Assembly: GCA_964016885.1 (NCBI GenBank)
Contig: OZ024755.1
Coordinates: 13,578,001 to 13,642,000 of the forward strand
Source of the DNA: Eledone cirrhosa
Lineage: Eukaryota
DNA length: 64,000 nt
Direction of reading: 5' to 3'
Below are positions 1 to 13,172 of this stretch, one piece after another. Made by a program: the position numbers and the translations under genes. Below the pieces are notes generated by a model. The model saw nothing but the letters and a program-made list of their open reading frames with translations, was not told where the DNA came from and searched no databases. Every line of letters starts with the position of its first letter. Within the stretch, counting starts at the first letter, position 1.

Positions 1-860
1 AATGATTTTTAACAATTTCCATATACTTTCTCCTTGCTACCAACGACTTACGTTCAAAACGGAGCGCTGAACTATTCATTCATAACTAAAATTATTCATT
101 CGTGTACCTACAATGGAAATATTGTAATCTTACTGAAAATAATTGGTTCGTATGTCACCAAAGCAAACAACATTATGGTTTCCGTAAGTATAGCCAAAAT
201 AGAGAACCTGTTAGCGCTTCGGTTCCTCGCATCTCAAACTCAGCCAGTGGCCCTTGACTTATTGATTACGTAAATATTGGTTTCGTATCACAAAACACTG
301 GAATATATTTTGCAAGGAAAGGTAGATTGATTGATCTCTTCGCTGATATTATTTTATCGACTTCACTTCAGAATGATAAATAAACAACGTTGAGGAGGCG
401 TTTATCTCAGCGCTCTCCCATCATGGATACATTTAAAACTCTTGTTTATGTAAACCTTGATTTCCAATACTTGCACAAAACTACACATTTTGTGATGGTA
501 GACATGGCGATATGATCGATTCACTAATTAACTGGGTTTATGCATACCCCAGAAGTATGAAAGCAAAATGGATTCGTGTGGACACGAACTTAGAACGCAA
601 GAACAGTTGAGAATAGATTTAAATACATTATATAAATATTTACCACTTTATTATACATATTTAGAACATATTACAACTACTTCTAACACTTTATCTAAAT
701 GGTCCCCAAACTTATTCCAGAACATTTATACAATTTTACAAAAATTGTGGAACCCATACCAACGCTTTACCTACAGTCACAACCTCTCTAATTGTAATAA
801 AATATAAAATAATTCAAAAGTTGCTTCAGAGAGAGAATGTATTAATATTATTTGTTTCAA

Positions 861-998
861 GCATAGTTACGTCCCTTTACGGTCTGAGTTCAAATCCCGT
901 CGAGGTTAACTTTGCCTTTCATCCTTACGGGGTCGATAAAATAATAAACCAGTAATGTATTGCGTAATTGCTGGCCTTGTGCCAAAAGTAGAAACAAT
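861..998 (+). mobile_element. tRNA-derived SINE, 5'-truncated copy (cephalopod-type)
   Basis: B-box-like GAGTTCAAATCCC followed by gaggttaactttgcctttcatccttacggggtcgataaaata...gctggccttgtgccaaaagtagaaac; near-identical copies at ~19400, ~22910, 26837 and 50581. Confidence 0.85.
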
Positions 999-1009
999 TA
1001 TTTTTCAAA

Positions 1010-1845
1010 ACAGGATTTCACAAGTATGATTGGTAGAACCTCCACGTTGGTGTTCTATAGCTGATTAGTAGCTGGTAAAAGCGACGACGTCTCGGGGTGA
1101 CTCAGGGAGTCGATGAAAATCAACTAATTACTCTTTTCCGGAGTTTTGGCTCAGGGCCCATGGATAATTTCCAGGACGCATTGTTAGTTCGAGATAAACT
1201 GTACAGGCATGAAAGTGCCGTCAGCTGGACCAGTCTGTGATGCATGCAGGGGGACGAAACCGTCCTGCACGTATTCTTTGAGTGTCCGAGTATTGTTAAT
1301 TTGTGTCGAATCATCAGCTGAATCATCATGAATATCGACTCACCACCTTCCTTTAGCCGGGAAAGACAGGTAGTGTATTTCTGCTTGGTGGCTTTGGCGA
1401 AAGATGTTATGTGGTGGCCGCGTTTGAAAAGGTTGAAGATAACCACTTTGCTCTTTGGCAAAGTACTGATTAATTTTTTCAGGTTTCACTTGAAGAGGAA
1501 AATCAGAGTGGGAGAGAAGTGCTGCCTTTCAACCAGATTGTTGAGAAGTTAGTGAGAGTGCAAGCATGCCCCTAATGAATGGCCTGAGTATGCGCCTGTA
1601 GATTGGGGGAGGAAATATGGGAGGGCGTACTTCATTTAGCGGTCAGGGTAACCGTGGTTTTTATGGGCTTTCTCCACAAGTGACTTCCGGAAGTCCCCCT
1701 CGATAGGGGAATTTGTTTTTGTTTGAAATTTTTTTACGTTGCTTTCTTTTCGTTATATTTTTTTACACGCATAAACCCACACTGCGTCATTTTGTGTCCT
1801 CTTAATATTTTCTTAATACGAGCCCTGGGTGGCTAATAAAGAAAC
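1010..1845 (+). mobile_element. Decayed 3' end of an L1/Tx1-clade LINE (zf-RVT-like region plus 3' UTR)
   Basis: Frame from ~1145 reads FGSGPMDNFQDALLVRDKLYRHESAVSWTSL*CMQGDETVLHVFFECPSIVNL...LVALAKDVMWWPRLK, matching the C-x2-C..ET..H...C motif and downstream W-x-x-R of L1/Tx1 ORF2; contains in-frame stops; AATAAA near 1835. Confidence 0.75.
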
Positions 1846-2371
1846 TATTATATACACACGTATGTATGTGTGTGTGAATGTGTGTAACAAATTGTTATAT
1901 TTTATTTAGACACCTTATCACGCAAAATCCCAGAATTCTTTCGTGAAAGCCACTTTCGGAAACACTGCTGCAAGGCATAATTCAGAAAAAACTTGCCTTA
2001 TATTTCCTCGACATTACCACGGTTGTCGTTTCAATTTCATAAAAAGTAACGAAAAACTTTTTAAAAATAGCAGAGTGTGTTGGAAACTAACCCAAAATAA
2101 AATGTTTGCTAATGAATTAAGAAAAAAAAAAGATAATGATTGCCTGTAGGGCTGTTCTCATTTATTATTTGATAATTTAATATAATATTCAATTGGATTT
2201 TTAGATTTAAGAATCAAAATCTTAAAGTAGCCAATAAATTAAGCTAGGGCAACCACTTGCAATAGAGTATAATGTCTGTCAATGATTTTCGGTGCTCGCG
2301 TAGTCGCAAGCAAACACAGACAGCCTTCCTTGATCTAACGGAGCGTCAAGAATTTGACAACTGGAAAGAAA

Positions 2372-2510
2372 TGTGGCTACAACAGCACTGGACTGATACT
2401 TTATCGACCACGCAGGATGGCAGACAAAGTTGAACTAGGCGTAATTTGAACTCACATCATAGAGAACAGGAACAAATAGCCAAAGTTCTAACCACTCTGC
2501 CAAATCAACC
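2372..2510 (-). mobile_element. Diverged SINE copy
   Basis: tactttatcgacc...aaagttgaactaggcgtaatttgaactc is the reverse complement of the SINE core. Confidence 0.6.
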
Positions 2511-2738
2511 TTATAAATAGCGAATGGAAAGTGGCCAAAATTAAACAAAAAATGTAGTAGATCAAAATTAGTATAATCTGATCCATGTAGCTCGATCTGG
2601 CAACCATGTACACAACCACCTCCATATTCGATGTTATGTATCATGTGACAAATTGAATGTTGGGTATAGCTTGGTGATTAACCATGTCAATAATTATTCA
2701 ATTGCTAACTGATGATTTATCTATCCTCATCTGTTATA

Positions 2739-2828
2739 CGAAGGTCGGCTGGAAAGCTCATAAACTGAATATGAAGGAGTGATACTAGAGCTGTGAAATC
2801 GGTTTATGAACTTTTCAGCCGACCCTCG
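2739..2828. mobile_element. Tc1/mariner-type MITE (~90 bp)
   Basis: TIRs cgaaggtcggctggaaagctcata / tatgaacttttcagccgaccctcg flanked by TA on both sides; a related left end lies at ~61937-62000. Confidence 0.8.
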
Positions 2829-3255
2829 TATGTAGTGTTCTTACATGTTAATTCACGAGTTAGACGGTCTTTCTTCCTTTGTCTCGTAATCATTGCTTTC
2901 CCCCTCCATTTCCTCTCATTTATAGTCCTTTCCAATGCTTCTTTCTTTCTCTGTATGTTTATTCACCAGTTAAACGTTCAGTAGGTTGAACAACTGAGTG
3001 ATCATCGTTGAAACCGACGGAGAATCCATCATAATAAATCTGTTACTACTAGCTACTGCTGTATTATATCATCATCTTTTATATACTTGATAGCCAATAA
3101 CCACCTTACACTCAGTCATCGACGATGTAAGATACAACATATCCTGTTTAATAATCTAATATATGACTTAAATGATGACACAATCATTTCTAACTAATAC
3201 CACATAATACCACATCAAACAGATATCATACACGCACTGTTTGAGTTCAGTGTAA

Positions 3256-3473
3256 TGTCCACATATATGATTCTATGTAACGTACACATATATGATTCTA
3301 TGTACTGTCCACATATATGATTCTATGTAACGTACACATATGATTCTATGTACTGTCCACATATATGATTCTATGTACTGTCCACATATATGATTTCATG
3401 TAACGTACACATATGATTTTATGTAACGTACACACATATGATTTTATGTAACGTACACATATATGATTTTATG
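3256..3473. repeat. Minisatellite with ~22-24 bp units (cacatatatgattctatgtaacgta / ...tactgtc)
   Basis: About 9 direct tandem copies are visible. Confidence 0.9.
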
Positions 3474-3879
3474 CTTTTATGCTTTCAGTTGTTTTTTTCT
3501 TCCTTTTTGCTGGTTTCAATGATTTCACTACGGCCATACTGGGGTGAAGTCATGAGGCTTTTGAATTAATTGATTTTATCGACCTCAGTACTTATTTTTA
3601 TCGATTTTTCTGTGTCAAACAGGTACGTTACAGAGCATAAACAAACGACACGTAGGTAACCCCAGACACCAATATACAATATACATATACAATACATATA
3701 TACAATACATATGTACAATACATATACAATATACATATACACAATACATATACAATATACATATACAATATATATATTGTTATACTTTGAAAACTCATGT
3801 CATATGCTGCCAGTATTTGTTTTAGAACACGATTTTACATCAACAATCTGTATTCTGTATATTCAAACACACACACACA

Positions 3880-3910
<31 letters not shown>

Positions 3911-3982
3911 TATAAATATATATATATGCATTTACATACATATACATATACTCACAAAACATTTTTATATACACATATACAT

Positions 3983-4157
3983 TTTGAAAATAGAATTAGA
4001 AGCTTTCACCTTAAGTAGACTACAGAATATAATCCAATGTTAGGGTATGTGAACCCGTATAATGGCCATTTTTTCCATCAAAGGGGTTCAAACCCCCTAA
4101 TACAGGACTATTTTCTGTAGTCTACTTATGGTGAAAACTTCTAATTCTATTTTCAAA
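3983..4157. repeat. Fold-back inverted repeat element (~175 bp), probable Penelope-like pLTR relic
   Basis: tttgaaaatagaattagaagctttcaccttaagtagactacagaa is mirrored by ttctgtagtctacttatggtgaaaacttctaattctattttcaaa; a related half-arm lies at ~35632-35720. Confidence 0.75.
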
Positions 4158-4191
4158 TGGTCACTCGGCACCGTATACTAATTCACATGTG

Positions 4192-4227
<36 letters not shown>

Positions 4228-4674
4228 TGTGTGTGTGTGTACATAAATGTATGTATATATGTATGTATGAATGTGTGTATCTATATATAAATGTATGCAT
4301 ATATATGTATATATATGTAAGTATATAAGCGTATGTGTATGTGTATATATATATATATGTACCTGAATATACAATTTAGGCTAATAATACATAATTTGCC
4401 ATCAACCTTTACATTACAACCTCAAAAGCTGATAAGTGCACTATGCTGCAAGTTGTTATTAACTCTCATTTATATTACACACCCTTGTAAATTCAACTTA
4501 ACACAGACAAAATGACTGAAATCCTGTCTAAGCCTAACACTGAAGAGCACTCATTTCAGTTAGCAAAATTACAATCTCTTGATGTGAATATATAGACATC
4601 ACTGTTGTCATATCTAAAGTTATGTTCAGTAGAATTAAAACGTGGAATAATCTTTCTAGTACCTACTGAAGCAG

Positions 4675-4742
<68 letters not shown>

Positions 4743-5144
4743 TACATAAACACTCATATGTACATACAACTAAACACATAGAAAGAGCTAAGGAGAGAGA
4801 TGGGTAGATATAAAAAGTATATATACACATATTTACCCATAATCACACACACACACACACACACACACACATCCATATGAGATCATATGAGGATAATGGA
4901 TTGTACGAACGCTCCACCCTTCATGCATATTAATTTATTCACCTACCACTAATTATATTTAGTAGTTTACCTCTAGGAACAACCTCATAACCCTACCTTT
5001 TACTCCTCACCATTGGAAGCTTTTTCTCATCATTTTCATTTATTCTTTCAATATTCTATCACAGCTTCCGTTACAGTTTTAGGTTTGGAGAGGCTTAGTA
5101 TATATATTGTCTAGAGCTCAGAGGCTCGTCAGCTTAGTGCTTAT

Positions 5145-5348
5145 CCTAGTTTTCGTGGCGTGAAGCGATTGAGAGTACAAAACTCTCCCTTGAGCAGGAC
5201 GCCAGCTATTGCTAGTACTCGTTTTCAGCTGAGTATACTGGAGCAACATGAAATAAAGTATTTTCTGAAGAACACAACACGCAATCAGGAATCGAACCCA
5301 CGACATTATGATAAAAAGACCAACACCCTTACCAATAGGCCACTCGCA
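5145..5348 (-). mobile_element. tRNA-derived SINE, second family
   Basis: The minus strand starts with tRNA-like gtggcctattggtaagggtgttgg...gtgggttcgattcctg; the body cagctgagtatactggagcaacatgaaataaagt is shared with ~40195-40385 and ~49360-49415. Confidence 0.65.
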
Positions 5349-5931
5349 TCCACTATATATACTTTATATGTGTCTCAGAAATAAGTGGGCGAGGAAGAAG
5401 TAGTTATTTACATTTTAGATGATATAGCAATAAATCTCTTTCTATTGTGTTTATTTGTACTTTTTTACTTATTTGAACAGTTAGACAATATTTTAACTAA
5501 CAAAACTTTAAGATCATTTAACAAGTTTCCAGATTATTTGAGGCAGCTGAAGCCCCAAAAGCCTCGTAGCGCCGGAAGACTTGTCTATTCATTATTTTCC
5601 TTGTTTTACACAAAATCATCTTCATCACTACATTAACTCAATATAAGGGAGATATTGTTTTATTTCTTAACGCATACAAACACAATTTGTTTTCACTGTA
5701 GAAGAAATGAAATGGGGAAACGAAAAATTTGAAGTCTCGTCAAACCCAAGACAGTGTGTGTGTGACTGATGGCTATTTTGATTCATACATGAAACATTAA
5801 GTACAAAACTTAATATCTAAGGACTATATACATGTATACACACACATGTATGTATGTATGTATGTATGTATGTATGTATGTATGTATGTATGTATGTATG
5901 TACGTACGTACATACATATATACATATCTTA

Positions 5932-6182
5932 AAGGTGGCGAGAGCACTTTGATGATCTTTTGAATCAGCCGTCTGTCGTTAGTGAAGATTTCCTCAATCT
6001 CATTCCAGAAAGTTCTGTGAAAGTAGCTCTCGCAGAACCTCCGACGCTTGTGGAGGTTGCAGTGGCTATCTCGAAGCTGAACAGTGGAAGGTCTCCAGGT
6101 ATGGATGGCATACATGCTGAGCTCCTACAATATGGCGGTGAGAGACTCCTGCAACATCTTCACTCTTTGTTTGGCAGGATAT
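5932..6182 (+). mobile_element. RTE-clade LINE fragment (region just N-terminal to the RT core)
   Basis: RWREHFDDLLNQPS...EPPTLVEVAVAISKLNSGRSPGMDGIHAELLQYGGERLLQHLHSLFGRI shows the typical K-A/S-P-G-x-D-G-I-x-A-E motif of non-LTR ORFs. Confidence 0.85.
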
Positions 6183-6414
6183 TTCAGTCTCCTTTCTCCA
6201 CGCTACTGATGATGCTCAAGGGAAAAGCAATGACCATGCGGTACAGGAATGGAACTCATAACCTCACAATTCTGAATCCAATTCTAACCACTAAGTCACG
6301 AGCAAATAAAATAGAGTCTATATACATATGCAGTAAACAGAAATAACAAATCAAACACAACTCAACACAATAAGGAAATATATTAACCCTTGATATAGTA
6401 AGAAAAGAAGTATT

Positions 6415-6442
6415 TACATTTCGGACACAAGTCCTTCATCAG
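6415..6442 (-). ncRNA. Hammerhead-like core in a short dispersed element
   Basis: Minus strand CTGATGA-aggac ttgt gtcc-GAAA-tg-TA; no clear stem I; a homologous element at ~47237-47335 reads TTGAAGA...gtcc GAAA cg TT. Confidence 0.45.
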
Positions 6443-7086
6443 AAGATAGAATGAGAAATAAAAGAAGTGATATTGATATATATATATAAAATAGTGTATG
6501 AGAAAAGGAAGGAACGGAAAAACGTTTATCATAAAAATCCAGTATATGTTGAGTCAGCCATTTTTGTGAAATAAGATGTGTGTATATGTGTGTGTGTGTG
6601 TAATACACACGCACACACATATACATATATATACACAGTGTGTATATATATATGTTTGTGTATAATACACACACATATATATACACACTGTGTATATATG
6701 TTTGTGTATGTGTGTGTGTAATACACACACATATATATACACACTGTGTATATATATATGTTTGTGTGTGTGTGTGTGAGTGCGCGTGCGTGTGTGTGTG
6801 TGCGTGTGTGAGTGTGTGTGTGAGCGTGTGTGTGTGTGCGTGTGCGTGTGTGTGCGTGTGGGTGTGTGCGCGTGTGTGTTTTTACCATATAAGAATCATG
6901 TGCATTTAACATTGATTATTGAAATAATTCATGAACAGTTTCACATCTGGCCTGGGTTTATTACCAGTTGGAGTGGGCTGTTCCAATTTACATCTGGTCT
7001 CAGTTTTGGATAAGGTCTTCTTTATACATACTACCTAACTTCATTGTGTGAATATATATATGCCATTTATGTAATATATATGTAAT

Positions 7087-7129
<43 letters not shown>

Positions 7130-7135
7130 TGTAAT

Positions 7136-7176
<41 letters not shown>

Positions 7177-7322
7177 TATATGTAATATATATGTAATATA
7201 TATGTAATATGTGTAATAATATATATATATATATATATCATTTATGTAATATATATATATATATCATATATATATATCATTTATGTAATATATATATATA
7301 TCATATATATATATCATTTATG

Positions 7323-7360
<38 letters not shown>

Positions 7361-7443
7361 CATTTATGTAATATATATGTAATTATATATTTACGCCATT
7401 TATATTATGCCGTTTACCATAGGTATATGTGTGCACGAAAAGA

Positions 7444-7567
7444 CATGTGCACAGGTTAGTGTGTTCATATATATATATACATATTTATATATATGTATAT
7501 TTATATGAACACACTAACCTGTGCACATGATTCATATACAGATGTATACGTGACTACTACTACATAA

Positions 7568-7631
<64 letters not shown>

Positions 7632-7663
7632 TTGTGTAGTAGTAGTCACGTATACAGGAATCA
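7444..7663. repeat. Two adjacent inverted repeats, each centred on a (TA)n tract
   Basis: catgtgcacaggttagtgtgttcatata / tatatgaacacactaacctgtgcacatg (7444-7529), and tgtatacgtgactactac... / ...gtagtagtcacgtataca (7543-7656). Confidence 0.9.
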
Positions 7664-7849
7664 TGCAGAAGTAATGAAAATAACAATTCAATAAAGTATT
7701 TAAATTTTTTCAAATTATCTCGTTCGTCAAACGCAGCAAATGTTTCACTAGAAATTATTCATAATTTCCAGTGAATTAACTTCCATTGGAGACAAACTGA
7801 GAGGAGAAGAGCATGGAGGAGGATTGGGACATTGGCAGAAAGGGTAAGC

Positions 7850-7954
7850 AGCAGAAGCGGGGTGGGGGTGGGGGGTGTAGAGAGATGAAGTGGATTGAAT
7901 GAAGGGTTGGGGGGGGGGTGTAGAGAGATGAAGTGGATTGAATGAAGGGTTGGG

Positions 7955-7985
<31 letters not shown>

Positions 7986-8057
7986 TGAAGTGGATTGAAT
8001 GAAGGGTTGGAGGTGGGACAACAGATTAGAAGAGAAAGGTGTGTGTCAGAGAGAGAG

Positions 8058-8121
<64 letters not shown>

Positions 8122-8616
8122 TGATGTGAAAGAACGACAATGTGACAGAGAGTAGGAAGAGATATAGAGATGTGACAATGGAATGGAGGGGGTGGGTTGC
8201 AATAGATTAGAAGAGAAAGGTGTGAGAGAGAGCTGGAGAGAGAGAGAGAGAGAGGTATAGTGATAGAGAGAGAGAGAGGTATAGTGATAGAGAGAGAGAG
8301 AGAGATTGTGATGTGAAGAAGGAGTGACAATGTGACAGAGAGAAGGAAGAGATATAGAGATATGACAAAGGAATGGGGAGAGGGGTTGCAATAGATTTAT
8401 TTGGAATGCTACAGGTGGGTGGGGTGGGTTTTGGGGGTGGAAGAAAGAAGAGATATAAATATGTGAAGAACCAGAATCACGAAATTGAAAGAGAATCGCG
8501 TTGAAGTGTGAGAGAGAGAAGGGGTGGATACAGAGAATGAGACAGAGACTGGTATAGTAACGGGAGCAGGGATAGAGCAAACGATTGAGAGAGCAAGAGA
8601 GAGAGCAAGGACACAT

Positions 8617-8659
<43 letters not shown>

Positions 8660-8670
8660 ACATATATATA

Positions 8671-8703
<33 letters not shown>

Positions 8704-8900
8704 GACACACACATATATATATATAGAGAGAGAGGAGGTAATAAATCAGCAGAGAACAGTTCAGGTATGGAAGAAGGAATATAATGATGGAAGGAAAGAG
8801 GGAAGAGAGAGGGAGAAGATATAGTGAAGAAGAAGAAGAAAGAGGAGGCGAAGAAGAAGAAAACAGGAAGAGGAGAAGAAGCAAGGAAAGGCGGAAATAA
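7850..8900. repeat. Purine-rich low-complexity tract: (GA)n, (GATA)n and 3 copies of agagagatgaagtggattgaatgaagggttgg
   Basis: Directly visible. Confidence 0.85.
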
Positions 8901-9176
8901 GCATCAATATCGAGAAGGGTTTAGAGACATGCTGGTGAGGTCGGGTGGACTCGGGTGGAGTCAGGTTGTGTGGAGTGCAGGAAAGAGCATCGAAGAGAAT
9001 TGAGTCTGATTGTTGGTTTATCAGGGTTAAGGCTGAATAATAGAAATAATTAGAATAATTAAAATATAGTAGAAAGATAAGGAAAACAATTGACTTTGAA
9101 TGAAGTGCAGAGATAATCTATATTGTAATATCTGAATGGTTTTGGAACTTTAAGAGTTGGTTGTGTTGACCTGAAG

Positions 9177-10760
9177 AGAATGATAGAATAGAACTACAAC
9201 AGAATGATAGAATAGAACTACAACAGAATGATAGAATAGAACTACAACAGAATGACAGAATAGAACTACAACAGAATGATAGAATACAACTACAACAGAA
9301 TGAAACAACTAAGGCGATAACAGCAACGACAGCAGCGATAACAGCAACGACAGCAGCAACAACAGCAACGAGAGCAGCAACAACAGCAACGGCAGCAGCA
9401 ACAACAGCATCGACAGCAGCAACAACAGCATCGACAGCAGCAACAACAGCATCGACAGCAGCAACAACAGCATCGACAGCAACAACGACATAACAACAAT
9501 AGCTACAGCACCAACAACAATAGCTACAGCACCAACAGCAACAACAAAGACAGCAGCAATGACAAAACAATAGTAGCAGTACCAACAACGACATCAGCAG
9601 CAATAACAACAGTGAGAGCACGAACAACAAGAGCAGCAGCAACAATAATGACAATAACAGTAACATCAACAGCAACACCACCAACGACAGCAACACCACC
9701 AACAACACCACCAACACCACCACCACCACCACCACCAACAACACCACCATCAACACCACCACCAACACCAACAACACCACCAACAACACCACCACCAACA
9801 CCACTACCAACACCACCAACAACACCACCACCAACACCACCACCACCACCACCACCAACACCACTAACAACACCACCAACAACACCACCAACAACAACAC
9901 CACCAACGACAGCAACACCACCTCCAACACCACCACCAACACCACCAACAACAACACCACCAACAACACACCACCACCACTAACAACACACCAACAACAC
10001 CACCACCACCACCACCACCACCACCACCACCACCAACAACAACACCACCAACACCACCACCAACAACACCACCACCAACACCACCACCAACAACACCACC
10101 ACCAACACCACTACCAACACCACCACCAACACCACTACCAACACCACCAACAACACCACCACCAACACCACCACCAACACCACTAACAACACCACCAACA
10201 ACACCACCAACAACAACACCACCAACGACAGCAACACCACCTCCAACACCACCACCAACACCACCAACAACAACACCACCACCAACACCACCAACAACAC
10301 CACTAACACCACACCAACAACACCACCACCACCACCACCACCACCACCACCACCACCACCAACACCACCAACAACACCACCACCAACACCACTACCAACA
10401 CCACCAACAACACCACCAACAACACCACCAACAACACCACCACCAACACCACTAACAACACCACCAACAACACCACCAACAACACCACCACCGACACCAC
10501 CAACAACACCACCAACAACACCACCAACAACAACAGTAACAACATCGACAACACCAACACGATAATACAAACAACAACATCAGCGACAACAACAACATCA
10601 GCGACAACAACGACACCAACACGATAATACAAACAACAACAACAACGGCGACAACAACAACATCAGCGACAACAACGACAACAACACCAACACCATCAAC
10701 AACAATGAAGGAAAGACAATGACAACAACGGCAACTATAATGTCAACACCACCACCACCA
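9177..10760. repeat. 24-bp minisatellite (gaatgatagaatagaactacaaca x5) followed by a long (CAG/CAA/CAC)n trinucleotide mosaic
   Basis: Directly visible; it explains the poly-V/L/P/T ORFs. Confidence 0.9.
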
Positions 10761-11086
10761 CCAACAATAACAACCACAATCATAGTAACAATAGCTGCAG
10801 CACTAACGATGGTGATGGTGGTGGCGATAGTGTTGGTGGAGGTGGCGATGATGTTAGACCATCTTCAATGACAAAGATTTCCTTCAACTTGTCTGGTAAC
10901 TCATCTTGTATACATACAGACACTCACACACATACATACATACATACATACACTCATATACACTCTCATTTATATACAAATACATAAATTATGATGCATA
11001 CACACCTACATACATATAAAATCACCGTCTGCAGTAGCTATACTTATATCAAATCATTTTTATACATACATACATACATACATACA

Positions 11087-11117
<31 letters not shown>

Positions 11118-11260
11118 GCATACATATAAACACATACACATATATATAGGTATATATATACATACATATTTATACATACACATACATACATTTATATATA
11201 CATACATATACATACAAATGTGTGTGTGTGTATATACACAAATATAAATTTATCACATAC

Positions 11261-11315
<55 letters not shown>

Positions 11316-11361
11316 TGTGTGTGTTTGTGTATTCATACACAAATATAAATTTATCACATAC

Positions 11362-11404
<43 letters not shown>

Positions 11405-11442
11405 TGTGTGTGTTTGTGTATTCATACACAAATATAAATTTA

Positions 11443-11479
<37 letters not shown>

Positions 11480-11904
11480 CAGAAAGAAAGAGAGTTGGGG
11501 GAGAGAGATTATATATATATACAATGTATTCCTGAGAGATTCAAACAGATTGCTATTGACATTGAGAATAAATAAATAACCATAATCAAGGTCAAGCCAG
11601 TCTTTCGTTAAACCGAAATCGATAAACGTTAATACACGTAATAATAATAATAATAGTCTAAATCTATAAATCTATGTATGTATGTAACATCTTAATGTTT
11701 ATTTCTTAGTGTTCCATTGGCGTTTTCTGTCAATGGTTCACAAACGCAAGTCACTGAGAGGTAACATTGCTATACAACGTTTGTACGCATTCAAAATGGC
11801 GCCTGTTTTAATACCTTGTGAAAATATCTTGTACAAGTTAATAAGAATTAATTTGTTGTAGTTGTTATTTAGCACAAGAAAGTTGGTTAGATTACTGTAC
11901 ACCT

Positions 11905-12376
11905 CCAAATTCCTGATCATTTGTTAAAATTATTTGAAAAACATTAACGGAAGGGTTAATGTAATGAGAAAGAACCTTTATTAAGTTATGTTCCAAACAC
12001 CAATTTAATGAGAACGTTAGTTATAGTACTAAACCGTTTAAAATTCTTGATTAGTTTCAAAATTACTTGAAAACCATATGTAGTGTCTTTCATTAGAAAT
12101 ATAGTATCGAGTGGGTTAATGTGAATAGAAAGAATCTTTAATTTCCAAATATCCACTTAATGAGAAAGTTATATTACTAAGCCTCTCCTAAATTCTGGAT
12201 TATTTTGAAAATTACTTGAAAACTATAAGTGGTGTCTTTCATAAGAAATATAGTAATAGAAGGGTTAATATGATGAGAAGAAACCTTGATTATACCAAAT
12301 TCTTGATTATTTTCAAAATTATTGGAAAACTATATGTAGTACCTTTCATTAGAAATATTGCAGCGAAAGGATTAAA
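11905..12376. repeat. Degenerate tandem array (~105-150 bp units) ending in piggyBac-like termini
   Basis: Four related units ttcttgatta..aaaattacttgaaaac..tttcattagaaatatagta..gggTTAA; GGG followed by TTAA matches a piggyBac right end plus TSD. Confidence 0.55.
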
Positions 12377-12769
12377 TATGTAAGTAGATTTCTTTTACTC
12401 AACATTGTATCAGGTCTCATCATAGCTTTAAATCAATTCGATGAGATGCTAGTGGCGATAATTTTCAAAAAATTCTAGATGTTAAGATTAAAGTGGTTTT
12501 CTTAAAGTCATGATGTAAACTAGTTGTTCCAGAATTGCTTTAAAAACAAAGGTAGTTATGGTGCATAGGAAGTATTAACGAACTGCATTCATTCATCGTG
12601 AGAGAGAACAGAAATAGTATCTTAAATACACGTAGAAATCAAGGAACTAAGAGGATAGAGAAATGAACGAGAGCAATAGCAAACAAAACGTTTTAACTAT
12701 TTGACACAATACACAATCCAACTATGACACATTGTATGTAAATAAACCACAGCGGAATGGCCAGGTAAG

Positions 12770-12940
12770 TTATCCCTACTTACCACCATGGGCGCTGAGC
12801 TGGCTAGCCGTAGGTGTAAGCCTCGCGAGATGGAATGGCTGTTCCAGCTCATCTCCATTACCATCCTCCAGAGAAACGCCTTCTCCATTGTCCGCCGGTG
12901 CTGTGGGGTGGCCAGCACGTGGGACCTCATTTGCTCCTAA
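12770..12940 (+). mobile_element. 3' end of a CRE-like (RLE-encoding) non-LTR retrotransposon
   Basis: 12788-12940 reads MGAELASRRCKPREMEWLFQLISITILQRNAFSI, resembling the (E)PRE..WLFQR.S.A..RGNA..I terminal motif of CRE-type elements. Confidence 0.6.
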
Positions 12941-13084
12941 AACAGAGAGATGGGGAGGGCGAGAGAGATGGAGGCGATGACAGTGGGAGTTCGGCTCTTC
13001 CGTAAGCATGAATTGATTTATCAAAACGCAAATCTCCTAGATATTCCTTATATTGCCAAGGAGTACTTTTCATAATGTCTGCAT

Positions 13085-13172
13085 GATTTTATTGGCTGGA
13101 TGTCTTTCCTTTCACCAACTACTTTACAGCGTGGACTGTGTGCATTTTATCGTGCCACCAGTACTAGAGAGG
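13085..13172 (-). mobile_element. SINE/RTE-related tail fragment
   Basis: ggctggatgtctttcctttcaccaac...gtgccaccagtactagagagg resembles the ggatgcccttcct..gccaacc RTE-type 3' tail. Confidence 0.45.

Noticed and set aside
861-998. tRNA gene calls at GTTCAAATCCC motifs
   Set aside because: These are SINE heads without a complete cloverleaf.
9118-10783. Poly-Val/Leu, Pro-Thr and Gly-Val ORFs (mucin- or extensin-like)
   Set aside because: They derive from CAA/CAC/CAG trinucleotide mosaics; no splice or start context supports coding.
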